NCBI GenBank assembly: GCA_038087875.1
Contig: CM075988.1
Span: 7,132,001-7,196,000 of the forward strand
DNA: 64,000 nt
Direction of reading: 5' to 3'
Source: Malacoraja senta
Taxonomy: Eukaryota
In this document: positions 10,525 through 24,026 of the stretch, one piece after another
How positions within the stretch are numbered: position 1 is the stretch's first letter
How the letters are laid out: the number at the start of each line of letters is the position of its first letter
Translations under genes and position numbers: made by a program
Notes under the pieces: model-generated
The model's database searches: none
Seen by the model: the letters and a program-made list of their open reading frames with translations, nothing else
What the model was told of the DNA's origin: nothing

Positions 10525-11000
10525 CCAGCAGCATAGTCAAGGATGAGTTGCACCCCTCTCCCATCGGGCAGAAGGCATAGATGTGTGAAAACGCACACCT
10601 CCAGACTCGGGAACAGTTTCTTCCCAGCTGTTATTAGGCAACTGGACCATCCTACCAACAACTATAGAACAGACCTGAGCTACTATCTATCTCATTGGAG
10701 ACCCTCGGACAATCTTTGATCAGACTTTACTGGACGTTATCTTGCACTAAACATTATTCATGTTATTTCCCTTCATCGTGTATCTATACACTGTGGGCGG
10801 CTCGATTGTTATCAGGTCATAAGTGATAGGAACAGAATTAGGCCATTCGGCCCATCACATCTACTCTGCCAGACAATCATGGCTGATCTCCCCATAACCC
10901 CTGACACCTGTTATCATGCTATCATGTGTTGCTTTCCGCTGACTGGTTACCACGCAACAAAAGCTTTTCACTGTACCTCGGTACACGTGACAATAAACTA
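10525..11000 (+). mobile_element. Rex1-type 3' fragment with a nested CR1 tail (about 10815-10910)
   Basis: Homologous to 6390-7225; ends GTGACAATAAACTAA. Confidence 0.7.
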
Positions 11001-12941
11001 ACCTCTTAAACTCCAAGAACACATTAACAACAGAAATAGAAATAGGAGCAGACCTCAAGGTTGTCCTGACACTCAATGTGATCATAACTAATCTATGTTG
11101 GCCTGAATTCCCCTTCCCTATCCTCAACCCTCAGTTTCCATAACTCTCAATTCCTCGATCTTTATAAAAGACGGATCTATCTGCATCTTAAATATATCTG
11201 TCCTTCATTAGCCTCAGAGACACTGAATTCCAAAGATTCATTGGGAGACAAAAGTGCTGGAGAAACTCAGTAGGTGCGGCAGCATCTATGGAGCGAAGAA
11301 AATAGGCAACGTTTCAGGCCAAAACCCTTCTTCAGACCCAAAGATTCATTACCCACCAAGATAAGAAATTTCTATGCACCTTAGTTAAAAATGACCGGCC
11401 CGTGATGTGTAGTTTTCGTTCAGAGATACAGCATGTAAACAGGCCCTTCAGCCCATCGAGTCCACGCTGACCATCGATCACCCGTTCACACTAGTTTCAT
11501 GTTATGCCACTTTCTCAACCACTCCCTACACATTAAGGGCAATTTTCTTTTACAGCTGTCAGTTAACACACCAACTCAAAATGTATTTGGGATGTGGAAG
11601 GAGACGGGAGCACCCAGAAGGAACCCATGCTGTCACAGGGAGAACAGGCAAACTCCATACAGACAGCACCCGAGATCCATATCACACCCGGGTCCCTGGT
11701 GCAGTGAGGCAGCACATCCAGCAGCTGTGCTACTCTGCCACCTTATCTTGTAACTATGCCTTCTTGTTCATGACTCACTCTAGTGCAAACATCCTCACAT
11801 CTACTCTGTCTAGACTACTAATGATATTTTATAAGGTCACCTTTCATTCTTCTAAACTCTAAGGAATACAGACCCAAACTGACTACAATTCCCCTTCATG
11901 AAGTCTTCCTGCTGCATCCTCAAAGCAGGTTTGTCAAACATAATTTACCTTTCATAAAGCCATGTTGACCAGATTTGATTATATTCTGCTATCCAGAATG
12001 AGTTTGATTTTTTCCCTCTTTGGTTATTGACTGTGGAAATTTGCCAGCAATGGTTGTTGAACTAACAGGCCTCTAGTTACCTGTCTTCTGCCTTGCTCCC
12101 TCTTTGAACCATAGAGTCACGTTGGCTGTTTTCCAGTCTCCTGATACCGTCCTCGAATTTAGCAAATGTCGAAAACTTTCAACCAGTGGGTATGTACCAC
12201 AACCTGTGTAGCTTCCTTTAAACCTTCTGGTGCAGGAAACTTGTCTGCCGTACATCCTGTCAGGTTCTCTCATACTTTCTATCCCTTGTGATTGGGATTT
12301 TTACAAGTTCATCCCAGTTATTTGTAATTAGTCCATCTGTAATTTTAGTAATATTTGCAGTGTCCTTCACAGTGAAAAGCAATGCAGAAATATTGATTTG
12401 ATCTCTCTGTCATTGCATTGTTTCCTGTTATTAATTAATTAGCCTAATTCACTGGAGGTCCCATATTTACCTCAGCTGCCGTTGGCCTATTTATATATCC
12501 ATAGAAACTCTTACTGTTTGTTTTAATATTGCACACCAGAGTTCCTCCTTCTCGGGAACATTTTTGTCTTTCACCACTGGAATCTAAAGCACATTTCACA
12601 CCTCTGGCCCACCATAACCCTTGCCACTTTGTGTACCTAACTTCTCAATTCAACAAAGATAGACACAAAATGCTGGAATAACTCAGCGGGTCAGGCAGCA
12701 TCTCCGGAGAAAAGGAATAGGTGAGGTTTCAGGTCGAGACCCTTCCTCCGACTCATTCAACATTGATTTCCTTTGTTAATCGCCGATAAGGAGAAATTGA
12801 TGTGAATGAGTAGAAACTATTTCCTCTAATCCAAAGTCAATGACCGAAAGGATTTTTACTGGTGAAGGAAGTTGTAATAAGAAATGCTTTGCGTTCAAAT
12901 GATAGTTGCAGCACAAACCATTCCATTCTTTAAAACAAACT

Positions 12942-13185
12942 GGTGGCATGGTGGCGCAGTGGGAAGAGTTGCTGCCTCAAAGTGGCAGAGACCCGGGTTA
13001 GATCTTAACTACGGGTGCTGTCTGTACGGAGTCTGTGCGTTCTCGCTGTGACCTGTGTGGGTTTTCTCCGAGATCTTCGGTTTCCTCCCACACTCCAAAG
13101 ACGTGCGGGCTTGTAAATTAATTGGCTTGGTATAAATGTAAAATTGTCCCAAGTGTGTGTAGGATAGTGTTAGTGTGCGAGGGGC
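12942..13185 (+). mobile_element. HE1/V-SINE-like tRNA-derived SINE
   Basis: A box TGGCGCAGTGG, degenerate B box, V-domain GGTTTCCTCCCACA. Confidence 0.8.
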
Positions 13186-13523
13186 GACCTTATTCACATA
13201 AGAACGTAAGGTGGCTTGACAGTCTGAAGAAGGGTCCCGACCCAAAATGTCACCTGTCCTTTCACTATCCATTCCCTCCACAGAGGCTGCCTGACTACTT
13301 AGTTCTTCCATGTGCATTGCAATGGATTAGTTGCAGCAGTCTCACAGGATTCATTTCAACAAACTTCCAATTCAAGGTGAAAGTGTTGCCATGAACCTTG
13401 ACTGACCTTTTGACTCTAAATTGATAGTAATATTGATTTTATTTTTGTTGATATTATGGCAGCAAAACCTGTTTATGTGCATGGATGGCAGTGTGTGAGG
13501 CAAGGAGCTGTGACGTCTCCCAC

Positions 13524-13797
13524 AGTTTAGTTTAGAGATACAGCGCGGAAACAGGCCATTCGGCCCACCAAGTCCGCACCGACCAGCGAACCCCGCACAC
13601 TAACAACACCCTACACACTGCGTACAATTTACAATTATACCAAGTCAATTAACCAAGAAACCAGTACGTCTTTGGAGGAAACCGGAGGTCCCGGAGAAAA
13701 CCCAAGCAGGTCACAGGGAGAATGTACAAACTCCGTACAGATAGCACCCGTAGTCAGGATTGAACCTGGGTCTCTGTCGCACCACCATGCTGCCCCT
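13524..13797 (-). mobile_element. HE1/V-SINE-like SINE
   Basis: CR1-derived tail ending (CTAAA)n on the - strand; same body as the other copies. Confidence 0.8.
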
Positions 13798-14237
13798 AAT
13801 CCTGCACACAGAATAGCATGCAGTGACATTCACCACAGCAAGCTCTCAGGTAATGAATGGACACTCTGGAACTACATTAAAGGGAGATATTGGCTATTGT
13901 GCAACAGTAAAGAAGAATGAATCCCTGATTTAAACTTGGCAGAATAAAAATTATCAAGATCAGATCTTATCTGTAGCTCATCCTGAACTTGGTAATTAAA
14001 CCGTAGAAACAAAGAACTACAGATGTTGGTTCATACGCAAAAGGACACAAAGTGCTGGAATAACTTAGCAGGACAGGCAGCATCTCTGGGGAACAGGGAA
14101 AATGTCAGCTATCCTTTTTCTCCAGAGATGCTGCCTGATCTGCTGAGTTCTTCCAGCACGTTATATCCACCAGTCATTAAACCCGTTGATTTTTAAAATC
14201 CAGTTCTAATGTAATGAACCGGATTTGAACCGGATTT

Positions 14238-16518
14238 GATAAGGGAACCCAAGGTAAAGGAACCATTAGGAGGTAGTGACCATAATATGATGTTTTAATC
14301 TGCAAGTTGAGAGGGAGAAGGTATAATCAGAAGTGTCAGTAGTGCAGTTGAACAAAGCAGACTATGGGGGCATGAGGAATGAGCTGGCCAAAGTTGACTG
14401 GAAAGGGACCCTAGCAGGGATGACGGTGGAACAGCAATGGCAGGTATTTCTGGGAATAATCCAGAAGATGCAGGATCATTTCATTCCAAAGAGGAAGAAA
14501 GATTCTATGGGGAGTAAGAGGCGACCGTAAGAGGCGACAGTATATAAAAATAAAAGAGAAGGCGTATAACATTGCAAAGATGAGCGGGAAGCCAGAGGAT
14601 TGGGCAACTTTTAAAGGTCAACAGAAGGTAAGAAAAAAGGCAATACGGGGAGAAAAGATGAAGTGCGAAGGTAAGCTAGCCAACAATATAAAAGAGGATA
14701 GTAAAAGCTTCTTTAGGTTTTTGAAGAGGAAAAAATTAGTTACGACAAATGTGGGTCCCTTGAAGACAGAAACAGGTGAATTTATTATGGGGAACAAGGA
14801 AATGGCAGATGAGTTGAACAGGTACTTTGGTTCTGTCTTCACTAAGGAAGACACAAACAATCTCCCAGATGTATTAGGGGGCAGAGGACCTAGGGTGATG
14901 GAGGAACTGAAGGAAATTCAAATTAGTCAGGAAATGGTATTGGGTAGACTGATAAATCCCCAGGGCCTGATGGTCTGCATGCCAGGGTACTCAAGGAGGT
15001 GGCTCTAGAAATCGTGGATGCATTGGTGATCATTTCCCAATGTTCTATAGATTCTGGATCAGTTCCTGTGGATTGGAGGGTAGCTAATGTTATCCCGCTT
15101 ATTAAGAAAGGAGGGTGAGAGAAAGCAGGGAATTATGGAACAGTTAGCCTGACGTCGGTGGTGGGGAAGATGTTGCAGTCGACTATTAAAGATGTAATAG
15201 CGGCGCATTTGGATGGCAGTAACACGATCAGGCCAAGTCAGCATGGATTTACCAAGGGGAAATCGTGCTTGACTAATCTTCTGGAATTTTTTGAGGATGT
15301 AACAAATAAAATGGAAAAGGGAGAGCCAGTGGATGTTGTGTACCTGGACTTTCAGAAAGCCTTTGATAAGGTCCCACACAGGAGAATAGTGGGCAAAATT
15401 AGAGCACATGGTATTGGGGGTAGGGTATTGACATGGATAGAAAATTGTTTGGAAGACAGGAAACAAAGAGTAGGGATTAACGGATCCCTTTCAGAATGGC
15501 AGGCAGTGACTAGTGGGATGCTGCAAGGCTATTTACAATATACATTAATGATTTAGATGAAGGAATTAAAAGTAACATTAGCAAATTTGCAGATGACACA
15601 AAGCTGGGTGTCAGTGTGAACTGTGAGGAGGATGCTATGAGGATGCAGGGTGACTTGGACAGGTTGGGTGAGTGGCCAGATGCTTGGCAGATGCAGTATA
15701 ATGTGGATAAATGAGGTTATCCACTTTGGTGGCAAGAACAAGGAAGGCAGATTAATATCTGAATGGTGTCGTGTTAGGAAAAGGGGAAGTACAACAAGAC
15801 CTGGGTGTTCTTGTACATCAGTCACTGAAAGTAAGCATGCAGGTACAGCAGACAGTGAAGAAAGCTAATGGCATGTTGGCCTTCATAACGAGAGGAGTTG
15901 AGTATAGGAGTAAAGAGGTCCTTTTGCAGTTGTACAGGGCCCTGGTAAGACCACACCTGGAGTATTGTGTGTAGTTTTGGTCTCCTAATTTGAGGAAGGA
16001 CATTCTTACTATTGAGGGAGTGCGGCGTAGGTTCATGAGGTTAATTCCCGGAATGGCGGGACAGTCATATGCTGAGAGAATGGAGTAACTGGACTTATAT
16101 TTACTGGAATTTAGAAGGATGAGAAGGGATCTTATAGAAACGTATAAAATTATTAAGGGATTTAACATGCTAGATGCAGGAAACATGTTCCCGATGCTGG
16201 GGGAGTCCAGATCCAGGGGTCACAGTTTAAGAATAAGGAGTAGGCCATTTAGAACGGAGATGAGGAAAGATATTTTCATCCAGAGGGCAGTGAATTTGTG
16301 GAATCTCTGCCTCAGAAGCCAGTGGAGGCCGATTCACTGGATGCATTCAAAAGAGAGTTAAATAGAGCTCTTAGGGCTAGCGGAATCAAGGGATATGGGG
16401 AGAAGGCAGGAAAGGGGTACTGATTGAGGATGATCAGCCATGATCATGTTGAATGCCGGTGCTGGCTCGAAGGGCCGAATGGCCTAATCCCGCACCTATT
16501 GTCTATGCATCTATGTTT
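14238..16518 (+). mobile_element. CR1 LINE, 5'-truncated, about 2.3 kb, multiply frameshifted ORF2 with complete 3' end
   Basis: ORF fragments [45 protein letters not shown]; 3'UTR GGGCCGAATGGCCT and CTATG-type tail. Confidence 0.92.
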
Positions 16519-16772
16519 TAGCCGACACTGCTGTTCTTCATAAAATCCACCAATTTAGATTAAAAATAGTACAAATCACTTCAGTCAAATAAAGAGTGAA
16601 AATCTTGCTCAAAATATCCTCCTAATTTCCTTCTAATTTAAATTGGCATCTTTTGGAGACATGTCCTTAATTTGGTTCTGTGTTAATGAGGCCAGTAATT
16701 AACAGAACCCGTGGTGATAGGAATTTCAAGATGCAGTTAATGGCTGTTTATTAATCAGTTGGAATCACTTTG

Positions 16773-16787
16773 GTTTGCCAAGGCAAC
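16773..16787. promoter_or_regulatory. Possible RFX X-box upstream of the PDE9 start codon
   Basis: GTTTGCCAAGGCAAC resembles the palindromic X-box GTTGCCATGGCAAC and lies in unique sequence about 165 bp before the ATG. Confidence 0.3.
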
Positions 16788-16950
16788 AATACCCAGCTGG
16801 AGACAGATTGGTAGATCGCAGCCTTTTAGCCTTCTGCAGTTCAGTCGCACCTGTTTGAGTTTGCTGGGTCACAGGAGGGGCTCTGAGGGCTGACAGTAGC
16901 AGTGTTGCTCCCGTTTCTGCTATACCTGACGTTCTCCGAGTCAACAGGAA

Positions 16951-17022
16951 ATGGGATCAGCCTCCTCCTCTGGCAATGTATCAAAGATTATCTACTTGGA
17001 GAAAAACAATGTTTCACGCAAG
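16951..17022 (+). CDS. PDE9A: PDE9A-like coding exon 1: MGSASSSGNVSKIIYLEKNNVSRK
   Basis: Aligns to PDE9A MGSGSSSYRPKAIYLD...QK; donor AAG|gtaata; MGxxxS myristoylation-type start. Confidence 0.85.
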
Positions 17023-17669
17023 GTAATATCTTCATTCTGTAGCTTGTTGCTATCATTTGAGGGTGAAAATTGATTCGGAGGCACATTTTGTTTAGGTGAG
17101 ATTTTCACTTGCAAGATTTGTCAAGGAGTGATATTATGTTAAAGCATGATTCGTATTTGTTTTGGTTCTCACTTACATGATTTATATTAAGAACCCATTT
17201 GCACTGAGGCATGAATCATTCGTGTTATTAAGGCATGCTTCTCACTAGCTTTGGCATAAAATGATTTGACTTTTTTTGTTTGTGAGTTTGCATGAAGTTA
17301 TCAGACAAATTATAATCTTTTATGACTATACGTAAAATTTTATAATAGAAGGTAAGCTATAAGTAAATAGACAGGAACATTAAGTAGAAACAAGGAACGG
17401 CAGATGCTGGTTTACACAAATGAGACAAAACACTGGAGTAACAACGGGATAGGCAGCATCTCTGGAGAGAAGGATTGGGTAACGTTTTAGGTCGAGACCC
17501 TTCTTCAGACTGTACGATACCTTTAAGTAAACAGGCAGGAACATTGGGTAGAAACAAGGAACTGCAGATGCTGGTTTACACAAAAGGATACAAAGTGCTG
17601 GAGTGACTCAGCGGCCCTGGAGAACAGATAGGTGACGTTTTGGTTTGGGACCCTTCTTCAGACATTAGG

Positions 17670-18135
17670 TACATAGTTGGGGACATATCATCTGTGTGAT
17701 CCTGTGATATATGGACCCTCCAGGATGTTTTGTGTGTGCTGGATCTCTGAGGTCTGCCTGTTTAAGTCCCAGTCCAGGGTTACTGAACTCCAGGTGGTAT
17801 CCCATTCCAGTGAGGGTTCACCTTCCAGGTGTTGGTAACTACAGAGTCACATTTTCAGAGTAAGGTAGGTGGGCATCAGCATGGTAGAAAGAAGCAGACA
17901 GGATGGCGATGCTCTGCGTAGATATGTTGCAATTTGGCTTTTAGATTGAAGGAAGGAAAAGGCAATGTGACGGACAGGGCCAGCTCGAGCAACCCATGAC
18001 ACAGGAGGCACCAGGTGTTTCAGACGATTGGAAAGCTAAGGGATAGATAGCAGTTTGTGCGATTACTGATGTGAGTCCTCCATGGCGTGATGCTCCTGGT
18101 GCCAGGCTAAGAGACATCACCAACAGGTGCAAGCG
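17670..18135 (+). mobile_element. Degraded CR1 ORF1 (esterase-like) remnant
   Basis: 18040-18127 reads roughly GIDSSLC..ESSM..PGARLRDITNR, resembling the CR1 ORF1 LPGARVRDI motif. Confidence 0.4.
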
Positions 18136-19177
18136 ACAGGGATTAGTCAGAAGCTACGCTTCATGTGGGGAAGGCAGAACAAAACAAATATAAATATGCC
18201 CGACCGCCAGAGTATCTGTAACAAGGGGAAAGATACAGATCAGGATCTCAGAGTTGGTAGTATGTGTAGGGAAGAACTGCAGATGCTGGTTTATTCCAAA
18301 GATAGACACACGATGCTGGAGCCACTCGGCGGGCCAGGCAGCATCATAGGAGAAAAGGAATAGGTGACACTTTGGGTTAGAAGCCATCCTCAGAAAGCTT
18401 TGTATCTGAGCATTCGGTGTCTGAGGAAGGGTTCCGACCCAAAGCATCTCCTGTTCCTTTTCTCCAGGGTTGGTGCCTGGCCCACTGAGTTGCTGCTGAA
18501 TTTTGTGCCTAGTTCAGAGTTGGCCATGTCTGTATTATTCTAGCGAGTAGGTGTTAAGCAGGTGGTTGCATTGTCAGAGAAATGATACATCAATGAGCGT
18601 GCCATTTTCCTGAGTCATTGAAACTTGCTCTGGGTTAGACAGGGTTTTTAGAACGTGGAGTGCAGCTGAACAGGACTGCGATTCAGAGGACATTGACAGA
18701 AGGTAAGAGAGAATCTTATTGGAATAAAGATTATTCTAGATGAAGGAATATTGCAGAGTAGACTAAGGTGAAGATGAGCACAAGTGCATAAATGTGTGGA
18801 GATGCACACACTAGTTCTCACCTGGGGTGAACATAGAAAATAGGTGCAGGTGTAGGCCATTTGGCCCTTCGAGCCAGCACCACCATCCAATATGATCATG
18901 GCTGATCATCCAAAATCAGTACCCCGTTCCTGCTTTTCCCCCATATTTCTTGATTCCTTTATCCCTAAGAGCTAAATCTAACTCTCTCTTGAAAACATAA
19001 ATTAGAAGCCTGAACAAATTAAAAGTGCAAGTGAGCATTTACTTTTGGCAATGTTATTCACAGACTCTTACAGACCAAGGAAAGGGGTGATGTGCCTAAA
19101 AGTTCAAAGGTACAAAAGCTTTTAATGTTTCATGCCAATGACATCAGTCAGATAATAAAAAGTTGATGTAGACACAA

Positions 19178-19460
19178 GGGCAGTACAGTGGTGAAGAGGG
19201 TATAGTGGCTGCCTTACAGCGCCAGAGATACAAGTTCGATCCCGACCATAGGTGCTGTCGGAATGTAGTTTGTGTGTTCTTCCCGTGACCGCGTGGGTTT
19301 TCTCCGGGTTCTCCAGTTTCCTCCCACACTCTAGACGTACAGGTTTGGTAAAATTATAAATTGTCCCTAGTGTGAGGATAGTGTTAGTGTATGGGTTGAT
19401 CGCTAGTTGGCGCGGACTCAGTGGGCCAAAGGGCCTGTTTCTGTGCTGTATGTCTGAAGT
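19178..19460 (+). mobile_element. HE1/V-SINE-like SINE
   Basis: tRNA head (GTTCGATCCC), V-domain, CR1-type tail GGGCCAAAGGGCCTGTTTCTGTGCTGTA. Confidence 0.8.
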
Positions 19461-21616
19461 TAGCAAGTATGGGAGGAGGTACTACTAAGTTTAATGAATT
19501 TTGGAAAGTCGTGCAACAACAATAATAAAGAAATTAAAATTTATCCTATTAGAGGCTGATTAAAAAAACCTTATGCTGAGTGCAAGAAGTCTAGGAAATT
19601 TCTGAAATGTGTATAGCACAGCTTTATTGATCAAAATATTATCAGTCTAACAAAATCGGAGGCATTGCCGGAGAATGTGGAGCATATGGGAAATAGCGAT
19701 GAAAATATAATTAGGTTCAGGGTAGTTGTAGAGTTTAACGGTAAATATCAAACTGGAGGTGAGAGATAATTTATGTTTAATTGAAAATGTATTTGGTCCT
19801 AATGAGGTGGAAACAAAGATGCTAGGAGTTGTAACTGATTGATAAGAGATCCAAACATTTAAGGTGGAGGTCAAACACATTCCCAAAGGTTTGGGACTTT
19901 CCATATCAGAGTGTGTAAAATGGAATACTTTAACTTTGTCATCGCTCTTTATGTGTTGACTCTTTGCATACCTTGGGTATGCAAAACAAAGAATATCACT
20001 GGGACACGTCACATGTAACAATAAAGTATCATTTATTCATTCATTCAGTATTAAAGAACTAAAAGATTGATCAGAAGTCTTGAATGTTAATAAAACTGAG
20101 TTGTTGTTTTTTTTAATGTGTTCATTCAATAGTTCATCAAGGAATTCTTGAGCCGATGATCAAAAAAATGATGTTTTGCAGATCAACTGGAAGATCAGGA
20201 TGGCCATACATGTGTTGCAAACATTGAGTGCTGTTTGTTAGAATTAATCAGTGCTAGAGAGGGTGATAGGTTACCGAAAGCCTCCCTTCTGCTCATCCTT
20301 AATGACAGTCACGAGTGTGGCTTTTTCGTGCCAAAAACATGCATCCCTTTGAGGGGCAGAATTAAGATAATCTTGTTTGCATATACTGGTATGAGTGTGG
20401 TGACAACATCGCAATCATCACCTCATGGCTGGGCAGTTCATAAGACCATTGTTTTTGCATTGGTTTCTGCAGCCTATAACTTGGACGGCCCATGAGGATT
20501 GAGGGTAACATGCTTCCACTTCAGTTTTGACATGGTTGATGAGGCCATTGTGTGAGCTGCAGTGGGAAGATGGGACTTGGTGGAAACGACAGGTGTGTAG
20601 GTAAGGGGGTGGCGTGCTCCTTCCTCATTATGCTGGTGTCTTGTGTAACTGGACGGTTTCCAAAGCCATGCAGGATGCTGCTGCTCTATTGTTAATAGTT
20701 TTTTTTTTAAGTCATAAAGTGCTGGAGTAACTCAACGGGTCAGGTAGCATCCCTGGACAACATGGATAAGTGATGTTTCTACCTATTTTGCCTCTAAATA
20801 GTCTGAAGTCCCCAGAATTTGCAACTGATTTTCCTCTCTGCCAAGGATCGGTGAAATGTCACCTATCCATATCCTCGGGGATGCTACCTGACCTGCTGAA
20901 TTACTCCAGCATTTTGTGTCTTTTTTTTGGTGTTAATCAGCATCTGCAGTTCCTTGTTTCTCCATTATTAGTGGTCCTGGGCCAGGATTCCCACACATTG
21001 ATGGGGATGTTATATATTTGTGAGGAGATTTTGCCAATATATTTAAATCTTGTCTGTCTACTTGATAGTCTTTTGCTGTGATAGAGCTTGGAACACTGTC
21101 GATTTTGGGATTCTGCTCTGGGCCTACGTGTAACATGATCTGCTTATTGATTAGAGCTTGGTGATGGAGGACTGCCAGTGGACTTAAAGGATTCTGCAGA
21201 GATGGCATTTACAGCATCTTTTTAATGCCTTGAGGTGCCTCCTTCAGGCAGCCAGCTCTCAAAGTGCACTCGAGACCAAGGGTCACTTCTCCCAGTAAAC
21301 GATGTGTTGGATTTGGGGTTACTTGGAACAGCGGCATGGTGGCATGGTAGAGCTATTGCCTTGCATCTCCAGAGACCCGGGTTTGATCCTGACTACAGGC
21401 GCTGTCTGTGTGGAGTTTGCACGTTCTCCCCGTGACCTGCATAGGTTTTCTCCAAGATATTCGGTTTCCTCCCACATGACCAGTAATAGTGATCAGTGCC
21501 GGGTCCCCCGTTTGTTCTATAGATTATTTTTTCGATGAGAATGTAGGTGCCATCAGTGGATTACAACTATGAATGTGGTGAAAGGAATGGCTGATAGCAT
21601 TCATCCCTGACAAATG

Positions 21617-22206
21617 TGGGTGGCGCAGTGGTAGAGTCATTGCCTTAACACGCCAGACACCCGGATTCGATCCTGATTACGAGTGCTGTCTGTATGGAGT
21701 TTGTATGTTCTCCCCGTGACCACGGGGATTTTACCAGGGTGCTCCGGTTTCCTCCCACATCCCAGGTTTGTAGGTTAATTGGCTTCAGTAAAGGGCCTGT
21801 CCCACTGAACGAGGTAATTCAAGAGTTCTCCCGAGTTTCCCCTGATTCGAACTCGGAGAATTACGGTAATAGCCGCTCATAGGTACTCGGGGCTCTCGTG
21901 GACATTTTTCAATATGTTGAAAAAACGTCACGAGCTTACCGCGTTTCTCGAGTACCTGCCGTTAGCGTTACGAGCCGCTAAGAGACGTCCCGAGCTCCGA
22001 CGTACCCGCTACGTACATTCTACGTACTTACCACCAGTTTGATTTATTTTTTTTTACTCGGGAGAGCTCTTGGGTAAACTCGTATAGTGGGACAGGCCCT
22101 TAACGATTGTAAATTGTCCCCAGAGTGTAGGACATTGCTAGTGTTTGGCGTGGATTCAGTGGGCTGAAGAGCCTGTTTCCGAGCTATATTTCTAAACTAA
22201 ACTAAA
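21617..22206 (+). mobile_element. HE1/V-SINE-like SINE interrupted by a Harbinger MITE
   Basis: Head 21617-21791, tail 22101-22206 ending CTAAACTAAACTAAA. Confidence 0.8.
21792..22100. mobile_element. PIF/Harbinger-type MITE
   Basis: TIR AGGGCCTGTCCCACT / AGTGGGACAGGCCCT; TAA target duplication at 21789-91 and 22101-03; CpG-rich interior. Confidence 0.88.
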
Positions 22207-22571
22207 TACGAAGTAATGCACTTTGGGACAGGACATACACGGTGAAAGGCAGGGCTCTGGGGAGTGTTGTAGAAGGGAACGACAACCAGCATATAGTTCC
22301 CTGAAAATGGCAAGAGAGTTAGACAGGGTGATGAGTAAGGCACATAGCATACTGGCCTTCATTGGCTGGGGAAATGAGTAGAGGAGTTGGGATGGCATGT
22401 TGCAGCTGCAATATTGAGTGGACTTCTAGTCGCCAAAGTAGAGGAAGGATGCTAGAGAGGGTGCAGTAAAAATTCAAAAGGATTTGTCTGGACTGGAGGG
22501 CTTGATAATAAGGAGTGACTAGATAGGCCGGGTTTTTCTCAAGAGCGAAAGTGTCTGAGGGGTGACCTTCA

Positions 22572-22887
22572 TAGTTTAGTTTAGAGATACAGCGCGGAAA
22601 CAGGCCCTTCGGCCCACAGAGTCCGCACCGACCAGCGATGCCCGCAAATTAACACTAACCTACATACAATAGGGGAAATTTACACATGCAGCAAGCCAAT
22701 TAACCTACAAACCTGTACGTCTTTGGAGTGTGGGAGGAAACCGAAGATCTCGGAGAAAACCGACGCGTCACGGGGAGAACGTACGACTCCGTACAGACAG
22801 CACCCGTAGTCGGGATCGAACCCGGGTCTTTGGCACTGCAAGCGCTGTAAGGCAGCAACTCTACTGCTGTACCACCGTGGCTGCCCT
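22572..22887 (-). mobile_element. Full-length HE1/V-SINE-like SINE inserted in a CR1 fragment (22207-23100)
   Basis: Complete head (GGTTCGATCCC), V-domain and tail; flanks are CR1 3'-ORF sequence. Confidence 0.85.
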
Positions 22888-23560
22888 ATAAATTGTTGGA
22901 GCGATATTAAATCATGAGAGGCAGAGACAAGGTGGATGGTCTGTATTTTCCCCAGGGTAGGGGAGGCTAAAACTGGAGGTCATAGGTTTAAGGAGAGTTG
23001 GGATCTGAGTGCACGTTTTTCACACCAGATGGTGCTTACGTATAATGAGCTACCAGTGAAAGTGGTAGGGGTAGGTGCAATGACAATGTTAAAGACATTT
23101 AGACTGGTACTGCATATTATAAAATTAATACAAATGCAAATGGAACTGGTTGGTCTCTTTGAGTAAATAAAATGAGGCTCAGAGGTGGGCGTCGAAAAAA
23201 TAAATCTGAAGCAGTTTGATAGGGTAGGAGGTATTGTTTCCACTTGCCCAAAGAACCAAGACTACAAAGTGGTCACAAATGCAAATAGCATCTGGCAGTC
23301 TTCATTGCTCAGAATGGAAGATATATCATTGCAGGTAAATACAAATACGTATGCCCCTCAAACAGGGAAGGGATATCACTGCAGAGGGCCAAATGAGTGG
23401 CAAGGGAGCCTGGTGTAATGATAGTTTGCCGAACACTACCAAATACAACACCAATGAATGAATGTATAGTCGCCGAGAATGTCAGTGGGATTTTGCACAG
23501 CTTTTGTTTTGTATATATTTATTTTACTTTTGAATTAAAAACAATACAAAGTTGCATTAA

Positions 23561-23867
23561 GACGGCACAGCGGTGAACTGCTGCCTCAGCGCCTGAGACT
23601 TGGGTTTGATCCTGACCACCAGGTGCTGTCTGTGTGGAGTTTGCACGTTCTCCCTGTGGCCGTGTGGGTTTCCACCGGCTGCTCTGGCTTCCTCCCTTAT
23701 CCCAAAGACGTGCCGATTTGTAGTTTAATTGGCCTCTGTAAATTGCACCCCCCCCCACCCCCGTGTAGAGGGAGTGGATGAGAAAGTAGAATAACAGAAC
23801 CAGTGTGCATGGGCGATCGATGGTCGGCATGGAATGGGTGGGTCGAAGGGCCTGTTTCCAGGCTGTA
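23561..23867 (+). mobile_element. HE1/V-SINE-like SINE
   Basis: tRNA head, V-domain, CR1-type tail. Confidence 0.75.
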
Positions 23868-23955
23868 GGTGGGGCAGATGATCCATTATATGCCCATTTT
23901 ATTCTCCATCACTAATTCTATGACACTAACCCATCTACAATACTACCCATTGCAG

Positions 23956-24026
23956 GTTATGTTCAGCAGACATTGCAGACCGAGTGATATTAAGGAGCTT
24001 CTCTGCACAACTATTGGGCTCAGCAG
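23956..24026 (+). CDS. PDE9A: PDE9A-like coding exon 2: VMFSRHCRPSDIKELLCTTIGLS(R)
   Basis: ttgcag|GTT...AG|gtcagg, 71 nt; aligns to [24 protein letters not shown]. Confidence 0.92.

Noticed and set aside
12942..13020. tRNA-like A/B boxes here and in about 20 other places
   Set aside because: SINE heads followed by a V-domain and LINE tail, not tRNA genes.
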